Shown: positions 46,616-56,846 of the stretch, piece after piece
Numbering within the stretch: position 1 is the stretch's first letter
Layout of the letters: each line of letters begins with the position of its first letter
DNA from: a virus
Taxonomy: Duplodnaviria > Heunggongvirae > Uroviricota > Caudoviricetes
DNA length: 64,000 nt
Direction: 5' to 3' (one strand)
IMG/VR virus record: IMGVR_UViG_3300029621_000179
Notes under the pieces: model-generated
Databases searched by the model: none
Told to the model about the DNA's origin: nothing
What the model saw: the letters and a program-made list of their open reading frames with translations, nothing else
Made by a program: the position numbers and the translations under genes

Positions 46616-47398
46616 ATGCGTATGGGCTATAACACCCCAAAGCAAACAGTATCACAGTTTCAGTTAAAAGACAGATATGCCAGACAGTATCTGTCGTTTG
46701 CCGGGAAGTCCAGCAAAGACTTCCTATTATATTTGTCTGGTCCCGGTGTATATGATTCCCCGGCTGCGGATGTGGAGAGCACCTCCGTACCCGGCAGGAA
46801 CGGAGACATCCTCACCGAGAATGCAAAGGCAGGCCGCCGCAGATATCAGAACGTGGATATCAAGTATAAAGCTTTTTTCTTCAACGGACTGCCAGCTAAG
46901 ACAGCAGCAGTCAAGGCATGGCTTCTGTCGCCGGTGGGGTATCAGAAATTGCAGGATACCTACGACCCGGATTTCTTTCGGATGGCGGTCTGCAAGGATG
47001 CCCTTGCTTTTGATGTGACTGCTCAGAAAGCCGCTGAGATGGAGCTGGCATTTAACTGTAAGCCCCAGAGGTGGAGCGTGGACGGGCAGCGGACAATCCG
47101 GCTGGATGGCAGGTCGACCTTAAAGAACCCCTTCGCTTTTCCTGCACAGCCCATCTTCAAGGTTTACGGAGACAGCGGCGGCGAGCTGTATGTGGGGGAA
47201 GAGAAGATCACCATCCACAGCATCAAAGACTATGTGCTGCTCAACTGTGAGACGCACAACGCTTACAACGCTTTCGGCTTCTGCAATGAGACCATCCTTT
47301 CGGATGACTTCCCGGAACTGCCGGAGGGAAAGACACAGATCACATGGACAGGCGGTATCACGGCGGTGGAAGTCATTCCCCGTTGGTGGACGCTCTGA
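46616..47398 (+). CDS. distal tail protein (Dit)
   Basis: 260 aa immediately after the tape measure; RBS AAGGAGG. Confidence 0.6.
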   Translation: MRMGYNTPKQTVSQFQLKDRYARQYLSFAGKSSKDFLLYLSGPGVYDSPAADVESTSVPGRNGDILTENAKAGRRRYQNVDIKYKAFFFNGLPAKTAAVKAWLLSPVGYQKLQDTYDPDFFRMAVCKDALAFDVTAQKAAEMELAFNCKPQRWSVDGQRTIRLDGRSTLKNPFAFPAQPIFKVYGDSGGELYVGEEKITIHSIKDYVLLNCETHNAYNAFGFCNETILSDDFPELPEGKTQITWTGGITAVEVIPRWWTL

Positions 47399-47413
47399 GG
47401 GGAGGTGCAGCCA

Positions 47414-49327
47414 GTGATCCCATGTTTATATGATTCCAGAGAAATGAAATTTGATAATAACGGCATTGGAAAGCTGACAGATGCACAGTCTTGTACCGTG
47501 ACTGAAAAACGAAACGGTAGCTATGAGCTGAAGCTCATCTGTCCGGCAGATGGCATCCATGCAGAGATGCTGGAGGAGGGAAACGTCATCCTTGCCAAAC
47601 CATCTGATACGATGCAGCCGCAGCCGTTCCGTATCTACAAGATCACGACCCCTATTGATGGAAAGCTGGAAGTTCAGGCACGGCATATTTCCTATCAGCT
47701 CAACTTTATTACAGTTTCCCCGTTCTCAGTGAGTGGGTGCGCAGGAGCGGTGCAGGGGCTGAAAAGCCATGCGGCTTCCGACTGTCCGTTCTCAGTTTGG
47801 ACAGATGTGGCATCCAGTGCGATGTTTACTGTGTCCGTTCCGGCATCTTTCCGAAACTGTCTGGGCGGTATGGATGGTTCGGTATTGGATACTTTTGGAG
47901 GAGAGTTCGAGTGGGACCGCTACACAGTCAAGTTTCACAGAGCCAGAGGTGCGGACCACAACGTTCATATCGTCTACGGCAAAAACCTGACGGATTTCAA
48001 GATGGAGAAATCCATCGAGAATACCATTACAGGAGTGCATCCGTACTGGGTGGACAACGAAACACAGGCGGTTATGGAACTGCCAGAAAAAGTGGTCATG
48101 GTCAGCCGAAAATCTGTGCCGTATCAGAAGATTACGGTGCTGGACTGCACCAGTGCCTTTCAGGAAAAGCCATCGGAAGCGGCTTTGCGAGAGTATGCAC
48201 AGGACTATATTGATACGACCAGCCTGACAGAGCCGGAGATCGACATTAAAATCGACTTCATTCAGCTTTGGAATACACCCGGATATGAGGATGTTGTACA
48301 GGCAGAACAGGTCTCGCTCTGTGATACGGTTCATGTGTATATCTCGAAGCTGGGCATTGAAGCCAGTTCCAAGGTTACAGAAACCGAATATGACTCGCTT
48401 TTGGAACGGTATAACAGCATCACGCTGTCGAATTCTACGGTCAGCAGCCGAAATTCCTCCCTGACAAGCTCCCTTAACAGTATCCGAAATACAGCAACCG
48501 CCGCATACGATACCGCAGTCCGTGTGGAAACAGCAGTGGGAGAGCAGATGGGCGGCATTTCGGCCTCCATTATCTATGATGGTGCGTTGTTTGCTGCACT
48601 GTTCGGCCTTCATTATAAAAATGAGACGGACAGTAAGGGGAATACGACTCGGTACGCATTCAACGCAGCAACTCTGAAACAGTCAACGGTTGCGTGGAAG
48701 AATAGCCCGGCCGGATTTTTTGTTTCCACAGATGGCGGGAAGACATGGGGATATGGCTGGGAGTCAGATGATTCCGCAGTCAAAACAGCAATCCTGCTGG
48801 AGCAGACACTCAAGGAACTGGACGACCGTTACAAGAAAGCAGCCGAGCTTTCCGAGGAGTTGCTGGAGGAACTGGATGAGCGGTACAAAACAGCGACCGC
48901 TATTTCTGCAGAACTTCAGAAAACGCTCGATCAGCGGTATGAAACGGCAAAGAAGCTGTCCAAAGAACTGTATGAGGAACTGGATAGGCGATACAGCACC
49001 CTCACGGAAATCTCAGATGATTTGCAGAAGGAACTGGATGCGAAGTATCAGCCGTATATCCCTGTGTCCGAAAGTGCGCCGGAAGATCCGGCAGAGGATT
49101 CCTTCTGGGTCGATAAGAAGAACCTTCGGTTAAAACTGTGGGACGGAGAACAGTGGCAGACGATTGGATATGAACCGGAAGAACCTGATCCAGAGCCAAC
49201 GGAACCGTCCACACCGACCGAGCCTGAAACCCCGGATACCGAAAAGCCGGGTAGTGAAGATAAGGATACGGAAAACAAAGAGGAAACAGATAATAAGGAG
49301 ACGGATCAGGAAGGAGGGAGCTCGTAA
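47414..49327 (+). CDS. tail-associated lysin/endopeptidase-type Tal protein
   Basis: GTG start gives MIPCLYDSREMKFDNNGIGKL, which matches the Tal N-terminus consensus; C-terminal coiled-coil repeats and a Pro/Glu/Thr-rich tail. Confidence 0.6.
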   Translation: MIPCLYDSREMKFDNNGIGKLTDAQSCTVTEKRNGSYELKLICPADGIHAEMLEEGNVILAKPSDTMQPQPFRIYKITTPIDGKLEVQARHISYQLNFITVSPFSVSGCAGAVQGLKSHAASDCPFSVWTDVASSAMFTVSVPASFRNCLGGMDGSVLDTFGGEFEWDRYTVKFHRARGADHNVHIVYGKNLTDFKMEKSIENTITGVHPYWVDNETQAVMELPEKVVMVSRKSVPYQKITVLDCTSAFQEKPSEAALREYAQDYIDTTSLTEPEIDIKIDFIQLWNTPGYEDVVQAEQVSLCDTVHVYISKLGIEASSKVTETEYDSLLERYNSITLSNSTVSSRNSSLTSSLNSIRNTATAAYDTAVRVETAVGEQMGGISASIIYDGALFAALFGLHYKNETDSKGNTTRYAFNAATLKQSTVAWKNSPAGFFVSTDGGKTWGYGWESDDSAVKTAILLEQTLKELDDRYKKAAELSEELLEELDERYKTATAISAELQKTLDQRYETAKKLSKELYEELDRRYSTLTEISDDLQKELDAKYQPYIPVSESAPEDPAEDSFWVDKKNLRLKLWDGEQWQTIGYEPEEPDPEPTEPSTPTEPETPDTEKPGSEDKDTENKEETDNKETDQEGGSS

Positions 49328-50007
49328 TGGTCACAGGCATTTATCAGGAAGTGGAATTGTCGCTGACGGAGAATCTGATCCCGGTGACGGTTCCGGTCAA
49401 GCAGTATGACAACAAGGCGAGAAAAGTTCGCTGTGTTTTGTATAACAACTCTGTGGAATATACCGTGCCGCAGAATTGTATTGTAGCCTGTTCCGGTACC
49501 CGTCCGGACGGTACGATCTTCCACTACACGAGCGAAACTGCGCCAGACCTTGTATTCGTTGAGAAGGGGGCGGTCCTCTTTACGATCACGACCTTCATGA
49601 CGGCGCAGGCCGGACGTTTTCCGCTGGATGTTGTTATGCTCAGCACAGAAGGTGATGTCCTTGGCTCATTCTCTCTTACGTTAAAGGTGGAGAGGGCGGC
49701 CATCAATAACGGCAAGATCGCCACTTACACATTTGCAGCATTCCTGAAAGCTGTTCGGGATGGCATCCGAAATCTGTTTATAGACAAGGCAGGCTGCTTT
49801 GGCTTTGAGTCGGATGACGGTCTGGGACTGAGTGATAGATCGGAGTCCAGTTCCGTAGAAAAGCTGTGCCGTGAGATTGTGGAAGGATCGATTACGGAGG
49901 ATGGCTATTTTGCATTTGAAACAAAATGCGACCTTGGGCTGATATTCACAACCGATGAAGAAGGACATCTGGTCGTGGAATATGGCGAGGATGATGTGTC
50001 AGTGTAA
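49327..50007 (+). CDS. baseplate/tail accessory protein (BppU-N-like)
   Basis: 226 aa placed between Tal and the fibres; weak family call. Confidence 0.35.
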   Translation: MVTGIYQEVELSLTENLIPVTVPVKQYDNKARKVRCVLYNNSVEYTVPQNCIVACSGTRPDGTIFHYTSETAPDLVFVEKGAVLFTITTFMTAQAGRFPLDVVMLSTEGDVLGSFSLTLKVERAAINNGKIATYTFAAFLKAVRDGIRNLFIDKAGCFGFESDDGLGLSDRSESSSVEKLCREIVEGSITEDGYFAFETKCDLGLIFTTDEEGHLVVEYGEDDVSV

Positions 50008-50027
50008 GGCTGACAGAAAGGGGTAAT

Positions 50028-53000
50028 ATGGCAAAATACACAGGCCGCCGGATCGTTCCTAAACATGCAGGCGAATGGGACATCCGGAAAGAATATGAGG
50101 AGCTGCAGATCGTACTGGATGCAGACAGCGGCAACAGTTTTATCTCCAATCTTCCGGTGCCGAAAGGAACGGCTCTGAGTGATGAGAAGTATTGGAGCCT
50201 GTTCAGCCTGCATAGTGAGCAGATCGCAGAGGCAGAGGAGCATCTGACCCAGACGGCCGAAGATATCCGCTCAGAGCTTTTGGAAACAGAAAACCGGATT
50301 AACAAAAATGTATCCGACACGGAAGGCCGTATCAATGAAAGTCTCTCCAGCACAGAAAGTAAGGTAAACACCAGCCTGTCCGAGACAGAAAACCGTGTGA
50401 CTGCGCGTGTGGAGAATGCAAAATCGGATCTGACTGCAAAAGTCGCAGCGGCAGAGCAGCAGATGAATCAGAACGCCCAGGATGTCGCACAGACAAACAA
50501 GGCTCTGAATGCCCGGATGGATCAGATTGCAAAAGGGAGAACCTCTGACACAGAAGTCCTTGATGCAAGAGTGGATTCGGAGGGGAATACCTTTGACAAC
50601 CTTGGAGCAGCGATCCGTTCCATCTATCCGAAAGCAAAAGAAGGGCTGGATGCACTGCAGGAATCCAAGGTGGATGCAAACTATGATGCGACCGGCGAAC
50701 TGACAGAAGGCATTACAGTCAACACGATCAATGGAGAAACGCAGAAGTTTGAGCATGTCCAGACGACAGCACTGATCCCGGTAGATACCGCCTGCCAGAA
50801 AGTTTACTATACCGGGCAGGTGTTCAACTGGATCGGAGTTGCAGGCTATGATGCCAATGGCACGTTTGTGGCATCCATTCTGGATTCCAGGGATACGGAA
50901 CAGCCGCAGGAGTACAAAGAAAAGGAATTGGAGATCCCGGAAGGGGTATTCCAGATCAGGGCAAGCTCCTATGCGAAGGACCTGAACCTGAAGGTGTGCG
51001 GAGAGTCTGTAAAGCTGTGGAATCAGGTTCAGAGGGAGCGACAGAATCAGAAAAAGATGGCAATCGAGATCGAAGCACTGCGAAGTGCGGATGATGCACT
51101 GGCAAAGGAAACGATGACCAGTTTGAACCTGCCCTTTTTATATGACGGTGTCAGCAATATCTGGGAAGGCAGCAGCCCGGTACTCCAGACCTACTATGTG
51201 CCGCTGACTGTTCTGCGAAGTGTGTTTATACAGGAAATCCAGTTCACACTTCGAACCATTGGGGAGACGACCCTGACTGCCATGCTTGAATCGGAAGAAG
51301 GCGAGGTGTTCCGCCAGTCGGTAGAACTAGTGAAGGGAGATAACAGGATCACCCTGATTCTGCACCGATTTATAGATGAAGGAGCATACAAACTGCGTGT
51401 GCGCAGTACAGACAAGGTGCTCTATTATCCGGTGCGCCCGAATACCGGAAAAGAAATCCGCAACGATTTCTTCAGCAATGAACCGTCCGGGAATGTGGAG
51501 TATGATTACAAAAACCGTCTGATCGTCTTTATGGGCAAGATCCTGATTGGTACAGGTAAGGTGGATACGACGCTATCCTATTCCGGAATGGCTGCGGATG
51601 CCGCCGTTGTAGGACAGGCTTTCAAGGATGAGCGGGAATACACGGATACCCTGGCATCCGGCAAGCTGGATGCAGTCCATAGCCGAAACCTCCTCGACCC
51701 TTCCAGGTATCGTCCGGGATGGTTTGCCTATGTACACTCGTCCGTTATTCAGTATCATGCAGACAATCTCCGATATGGTTCCACGGATTATATCCCGGTC
51801 AGCGAGAAAGGTCTTGTGACCAAAGGCTCCGGCACGAACGGTGTAACCAGCCAGGTCGTGTTTGACAAGGCGAAGAAGGTGCTCCGTTATGTAGATGCCA
51901 ATGACCAGTACACCTATCAGGAAGGCGATGCCTATGTGATGTTCTTCTATATGGCCTCTTCCGGACAGAAGCTCTGCGTTGTTGAGGGAACGGAGTATGT
52001 ATATGAGGCATACACGGATTATAAGCCGCTGGATGATTTGAAACAGGAAGTGAACTCCCTGCAGACGGAGGCGGATAACCAGAAAAAGCAGCTGACAAAT
52101 CTGACGACCCGGCTGGATCAGCTGGTGGCCGTGCCGGAAAAGAAAGACCTTCGCCTTGTCCCGGCGGCCCCGGTGTATACGGTCTGTAATAACCTTTCGA
52201 CCGCCAGAAACTATCATGTTTCAGTCTGGGTGGACCATCTGATCGCAGAGACCGGCTGGAAGGATAGAGCGGCTGGTTTTGGTACGGAGATGGAGGAGCG
52301 CTTTGACTTGTACTCACCGTTTACCAACACGGCAGTCAACAGTGGGGAGGATGTTCTGGAACAGACGGTAGAGAAATCGTTTGTGTCAGATGTCTATAAG
52401 ACGCAGAAACTCAAATTCAAGCACCGCAGCACCTTGGCCAGTATGGGAAAGAACCAGTTCCCGAAGATCCTTGTTATCGGTGACAGTGTGACGGATGGGT
52501 ATCTAGCCGGTGTTGGGAAAACAGATGCGGATCTTCCGACCCACTATTGGTCGTGGGTGCGCTACCTGTTTGATCTGGACCGCAAGGACGCGAAAGCGGC
52601 AGAAACCGAATACCGCTGTCTGATGGTCGGCATGCCGGGAACAATGAATGGCAAGCATTACGGCTCCTCGTCCTCGTTCAAGCTGGATGGAAAGACGGTT
52701 GTGAACTATGCGATGGGTAAGGGCGGCTGGAGTGCAGAGGATCTGAACCTTGCAACTTTTGAGAGCGCATCTAATATTAACCCGTTCTACGATGAAAAGA
52801 CGAAGGGCTTCTCGCTGAAGGCTTGTCTGGATAAGTACAGGACGTTGGCGGATAACGGCATGACCCGGCTTATTCCCGGCGAAACCGCAGGCACGGAAGT
52901 AAAAGATGCCAACGCTTATGATCTGTGCACGCCGACCCATGTGGTGATCAACTTAAACCACAACAGTTCCCTTGCAGAGTACAAAGCCAATATCCCGGAT

Positions 53001-53426
53001 ATCGTGAAAACGATCAAGCGTGAGTATCCGGATATCATCGTGATCCTCATGTCCATTGATGAGACCGGCACTTACTTCCCGGCAAAATACCCGGAGTACC
53101 GGGCTTCTGAGATCACGCTGGGTGGACTTCACAGCAAGAATGTGAGCATCTACCAGTATTTCTGCGATGAACTGCAGGATGAGGCAAACGGTGTCTATGT
53201 ATGCAGTGGGCATCTGATCCAGCCTGCCGTGGAGAGTTACCCTACACTGGATTATGTGTCTGCGGATTCGGTCGGCAGACAGAGTGGCAGGGTACTGCAC
53301 ATGGCATACGGCCGGGGTCAGTACGGAGGCCCCAACTGGCATCCGAACAACTACGCACACTGCGCATGGGGCTATCAGCTGTATGCGTTGGTCAAGTATA
53401 CACTGGCACTACAGGATATGAAGTGA
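50028..53426 (+). CDS. tail fibre / receptor-binding protein with C-terminal SGNH (GDSL) hydrolase domain
   Basis: N-terminus MAKYTGRRIVPKHAGEWD is shared with the paralogue at 53559; coiled coil; C-terminal block KILVIGDSVTDGY (GDS motif). Confidence 0.6.
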   Translation: MAKYTGRRIVPKHAGEWDIRKEYEELQIVLDADSGNSFISNLPVPKGTALSDEKYWSLFSLHSEQIAEAEEHLTQTAEDIRSELLETENRINKNVSDTEGRINESLSSTESKVNTSLSETENRVTARVENAKSDLTAKVAAAEQQMNQNAQDVAQTNKALNARMDQIAKGRTSDTEVLDARVDSEGNTFDNLGAAIRSIYPKAKEGLDALQESKVDANYDATGELTEGITVNTINGETQKFEHVQTTALIPVDTACQKVYYTGQVFNWIGVAGYDANGTFVASILDSRDTEQPQEYKEKELEIPEGVFQIRASSYAKDLNLKVCGESVKLWNQVQRERQNQKKMAIEIEALRSADDALAKETMTSLNLPFLYDGVSNIWEGSSPVLQTYYVPLTVLRSVFIQEIQFTLRTIGETTLTAMLESEEGEVFRQSVELVKGDNRITLILHRFIDEGAYKLRVRSTDKVLYYPVRPNTGKEIRNDFFSNEPSGNVEYDYKNRLIVFMGKILIGTGKVDTTLSYSGMAADAAVVGQAFKDEREYTDTLASGKLDAVHSRNLLDPSRYRPGWFAYVHSSVIQYHADNLRYGSTDYIPVSEKGLVTKGSGTNGVTSQVVFDKAKKVLRYVDANDQYTYQEGDAYVMFFYMASSGQKLCVVEGTEYVYEAYTDYKPLDDLKQEVNSLQTEADNQKKQLTNLTTRLDQLVAVPEKKDLRLVPAAPVYTVCNNLSTARNYHVSVWVDHLIAETGWKDRAAGFGTEMEERFDLYSPFTNTAVNSGEDVLEQTVEKSFVSDVYKTQKLKFKHRSTLASMGKNQFPKILVIGDSVTDGYLAGVGKTDADLPTHYWSWVRYLFDLDRKDAKAAETEYRCLMVGMPGTMNGKHYGSSSSFKLDGKTVVNYAMGKGGWSAEDLNLATFESASNINPFYDEKTKGFSLKACLDKYRTLADNGMTRLIPGETAGTEVKDANAYDLCTPTHVVINLNHNSSLAEYKANIPDIVKTIKREYPDIIVILMSIDETGTYFPAKYPEYRASEITLGGLHSKNVSIYQYFCDELQDEANGVYVCSGHLIQPAVESYPTLDYVSADSVGRQSGRVLHMAYGRGQYGGPNWHPNNYAHCAWGYQLYALVKYTLALQDMK

Positions 53427-53488
53427 TGCCGGGAATATCCCGGAGAAAGGAAAAACTATGATGAACCGTAATAATTGTCTGAAAATTC

Positions 53489-53497
53489 GGGGGGGGG
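53489..53497. repeat. G9 homopolymer tract inside a 17-codon uORF upstream of the second fibre gene
   Basis: Read directly: TTCGGGGGGGGGATC; a uORF ATGATGAAC... begins at 53458. Confidence 0.9.
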
Positions 53498-53558
53498 ATC
53501 GGATTATCTGACCTGTGCAGTAATCTGATCTCTTCTGTGCTGAGGGGAGGTGTGTTCT

Positions 53559-55853
53559 ATGCCTAAGTATGTTGGCAGACGCATCGTCCCGAAGCATGGC
53601 GGCATCTGGGACAAGACAAAAGAGTACGAGGAACTGATCATCGTGCTGTGTCAAGAAACTGGTGTCAGCTATATCTCCAAGCTGCCGGTCCCGGCTGGAA
53701 CGGAAATCTTTAATGAACACTACTGGTCTGTATGCAGTCAGTTCAGTGAGCAGATCAGGCTGGCAGAGGATCATCTGACCCGGACAGCAGAGGACGTCCA
53801 TACGGAACTGACAGAAACAGAAAGCCGCATCAGTAAAAATGTGTCCGAAACGGAAGAAAGGGTCACCCAAAAACTCACGGATACGGTGCAGAACGTGAAT
53901 GACAGCCTGAGTGATACGACCACTACGCTGGCGAAGAAGGTGGCAGATGCTCAGAAGCAGCTGGAGGATGGACGGACAGCCATGCAGCAGAGTGCAGCAT
54001 CCCTGAATTCCAGGATGAACAGCATTGCATCCGGTAAGACTACGGACAAGGAGACTCTGGATGCGCGGGTCGATTCGGCAGGGAAGACCTATGACTCATT
54101 TGGTGCACACTTACGGTCCAGAGCCGATAAGTTCTATGCCAACGGTATGCCTTTCTCTTATACAGGAGCAGTCAATCTGAATACCACAGAGCATCAGCTG
54201 GAGTTTTTTGGGAACTTTATCTATCTGGGTGCGAAGGGGAATAAGCTGCTTACGAAACCAGAGCCGGTTCCATATAACCCGGATGCTCTTTTGACCTATA
54301 TCTCCTACGATACAGTGGAAGGGACGTTGGTGACAGCGGACTGGTCGGATTCTCCAAAAGAGAATGATGTCATCGTTTTTGTAGTGGACTGTAAATATCC
54401 GGAACGGTCTTATGGCTACTTTCCGTTCAAGGTGGATGGCAGGATGCCGTTTGGCGACCATACGCTGTCCGGCACGATGCTTCGGGATAAATCGGTGGAC
54501 GGACAGAAACTCCTGGATGCTACCGTTACAAAGGATAAACTCGCAGATGCCTGTGTAAGCGCGGCAAAACTTGCACGGGATGCGCTGATGTCACAGAGCC
54601 TTGAAGTTCCATTCCAGCCCTGTGTCTTTTCAAAAGGAAAATGGGAGATCGTGGATGAAGGAGCCACCATCCATCATTTTTTGACGGAGTATGAGAGCGG
54701 GTATTATGGCGGCGGCATTAAAGTTCCCCGTGCGGAGCGGTTTGATAAGCTCTATGTCGAGATGGTTTACTGCAACGACCAGCTGATGCACTACTATGTG
54801 GTTGGTTCAAAGTTGGTAAACCTTGGGGCGATTGCTTCTACAGATGGAAAACCAAAGAGGATCACGCTTGAAATCCCATCCAAAAAGCTGGAAGATGCCG
54901 GGTATAAGGATGATTATATCCAAATCGTGTTCACGAAGAACAGCACCTACGATATGACCATGTCCAACGTAAAGGCACATTACTTCAATGTGAATGGCAG
55001 CTACTTTGGGGAAGATTACAGCCTCCTTCATGAGCAGGCTGACACCAATACAAAGGAGCTTGCTACCTTGTCGGAAAAGGTCCGTGTAAATGCGGATGCG
55101 ATCAAAACAGCAGATGCGAATATGCAGAACCTTTCCAAAACGATCAGTTCCGTGTCTACGGATATGCAGGTGGTCATGAAGCAGAAATCTGCGTTCACCG
55201 GAAAGAAGATCCTGTTTTTGGGAGACAGCATCACGGCACTGAACACATCGGAGCGTGGCTGGGTAAGATACTTCAATGAGATCATCCAGCCGGAGCGGTT
55301 TGTAAACCTGTCGGTATCCAGTGCCAGATGGTGCGATTATGAGGACAGCGTTTACGATGGCAACCCGGTCTTTTCCGGACCGGATCAGAACCACAACAAT
55401 GTCATGGGCAATCAGGTGGAAAAACTCATCCGAGGCAAGGACAAGACCAGCCCTCACTACAAGGAAGTGACTGCCTACGCCGACTTTGATATGATCCTGA
55501 TCGCCTGTGGTACGAATGATGGTGTTCCTTCCGGCGATATGGAAGGCTCTTTCACTTCAGAGAATGAAATGGTCGCCATCGAAGAGCTGGACCGCAGGGT
55601 GTTTGCATCAGCATTCCGGTACAGCATCGAAAAACTTCAGCAGCTATACCCGGCGGCGAAGATTTATATCTGTACGCCGATTCAGGGCTATATCACGACC
55701 CGGAGCTATGCACAGTCCAAGGCGAAAGGCGATTATCTGAAACTTCTTGCCGGCAGGATGTCTCTGGAAGTCATTGATACTTTCTGCTGTGGTATCTGTG
55801 ACATCTACGAGAACAAAGCCCGTGAATACCAGGAAGGGATTTTACCCAGATGA
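53559..55853 (+). CDS. second tail fibre paralogue with C-terminal SGNH hydrolase domain
   Basis: RBS GAGGGGAGG; N-terminus MPKYVGRRIVPKHGGIWD; C-terminal block KILFLGDSITALNT. Confidence 0.6.
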   Translation: MPKYVGRRIVPKHGGIWDKTKEYEELIIVLCQETGVSYISKLPVPAGTEIFNEHYWSVCSQFSEQIRLAEDHLTRTAEDVHTELTETESRISKNVSETEERVTQKLTDTVQNVNDSLSDTTTTLAKKVADAQKQLEDGRTAMQQSAASLNSRMNSIASGKTTDKETLDARVDSAGKTYDSFGAHLRSRADKFYANGMPFSYTGAVNLNTTEHQLEFFGNFIYLGAKGNKLLTKPEPVPYNPDALLTYISYDTVEGTLVTADWSDSPKENDVIVFVVDCKYPERSYGYFPFKVDGRMPFGDHTLSGTMLRDKSVDGQKLLDATVTKDKLADACVSAAKLARDALMSQSLEVPFQPCVFSKGKWEIVDEGATIHHFLTEYESGYYGGGIKVPRAERFDKLYVEMVYCNDQLMHYYVVGSKLVNLGAIASTDGKPKRITLEIPSKKLEDAGYKDDYIQIVFTKNSTYDMTMSNVKAHYFNVNGSYFGEDYSLLHEQADTNTKELATLSEKVRVNADAIKTADANMQNLSKTISSVSTDMQVVMKQKSAFTGKKILFLGDSITALNTSERGWVRYFNEIIQPERFVNLSVSSARWCDYEDSVYDGNPVFSGPDQNHNNVMGNQVEKLIRGKDKTSPHYKEVTAYADFDMILIACGTNDGVPSGDMEGSFTSENEMVAIEELDRRVFASAFRYSIEKLQQLYPAAKIYICTPIQGYITTRSYAQSKAKGDYLKLLAGRMSLEVIDTFCCGICDIYENKAREYQEGILPR

Positions 55854-56025
55854 TATTGCGGGTACTTTTGGCGTGCCTGTAGAAGAACACCTGAAAGAAT
55901 CAGAAGTGAAGCAAATGGATGGATATGTGTCAATGGGCATCCTGACGGGGACGGCCCCCGGTGCCAGTGCGGATTAGAAGGATAAAAAGAAACCAAGGGG
56001 GAAGTGCGCCTATTTTTAGGAGGAG

Positions 56026-56514
56026 GTGAGTAGATTGCAGGAACAGAAAATATGGCACGCCGGTGTTCTCGGTATGACATTAAACGTGGATGAAGGACGG
56101 ATCACCATTTTTCGCAGCACACTTGAAACGCTCGGCTGGCCGTCACACTATCGGTTTTTATACAATCCCCAAATGAATCAGATCGCCGTGCAGGTATGCA
56201 GTGCGGCAGATGCAGGAGCTCATCGAGTGGGAAAACTGAATGAGTTCAGCAGCTGTGAGATCAAGTGCGTGGCCTTCGTGCGAATGGTTTATAAAAATGC
56301 CAAATGGAATAAACGCAGATCTTATCGTATGATTGGAAATCTGTTCCCGGAGCAGAGGTTGGTCAGCTTTCAAATTCAAGAAGCACTGCCGATTGAAAAT
56401 GGGAGAGTGCTGGACGGAACAGTAAGCCCCACGTTTGCCCTGTGTCGGGCAGAAGGCTCTCCATCGCAAAACAATCCCACCCCGGAAGAAAAAGCCGACA
56501 GTGGGGAAATGTGA
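56026..56514 (+). CDS. hypothetical protein (GTG/TTG start)
   Basis: 162 aa ORF after AGGAGG; no family recognised; it occupies the position where lysis genes would be expected. Confidence 0.3.
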   Translation: MSRLQEQKIWHAGVLGMTLNVDEGRITIFRSTLETLGWPSHYRFLYNPQMNQIAVQVCSAADAGAHRVGKLNEFSSCEIKCVAFVRMVYKNAKWNKRRSYRMIGNLFPEQRLVSFQIQEALPIENGRVLDGTVSPTFALCRAEGSPSQNNPTPEEKADSGEM

Positions 56515-56685
56515 GGGGCGTGTGGCGAAGCAAAGGAAGAGCCCGGCACTGAAAAATAGAATATCCGAAATTAAAGAAGCCCACTTGGTTACCATCCGGC
56601 TTGCTTAAAGTGTAGCAGGCAGGAATGGGAACCAGGTAGGCTTTTTTCAATAATCAAATAAGTGAACTTTTTGCACCGATATTTA

Positions 56686-56720
56686 GGTCATCAATTTTCG
56701 AGTTGATGACCTATTTTTTG
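56686..56720 (+). terminator. strong intrinsic terminator
   Basis: GGTCATCAA-ttttcgag-TTGATGACC followed by TATTTTTTG. Confidence 0.65.
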
Positions 56721-56846
56721 CGTCTAAAAACGTAGAAACACTATATGTAGTTGTAAATGATTATTATATACCGATATATTGTATTTTGCCGAAGGAATGC
56801 GTAGTAAAGGAAATTTTTATATCCGAATGGCGGATCGGAGACGTAC

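Noticed and set aside
40667-46655. Long minus-strand and alternative-frame ORFs (for example 40667-41992, 45693-46655, 43817-44611) overlapping the tape measure gene
   Set aside because: They lie antisense or out of frame to a clearly coding, repeat-rich GC-biased gene. They have Ser/Ala/Pro/Arg-rich low-complexity products and no RBS, so they are artefacts of the repetitive tape measure sequence.
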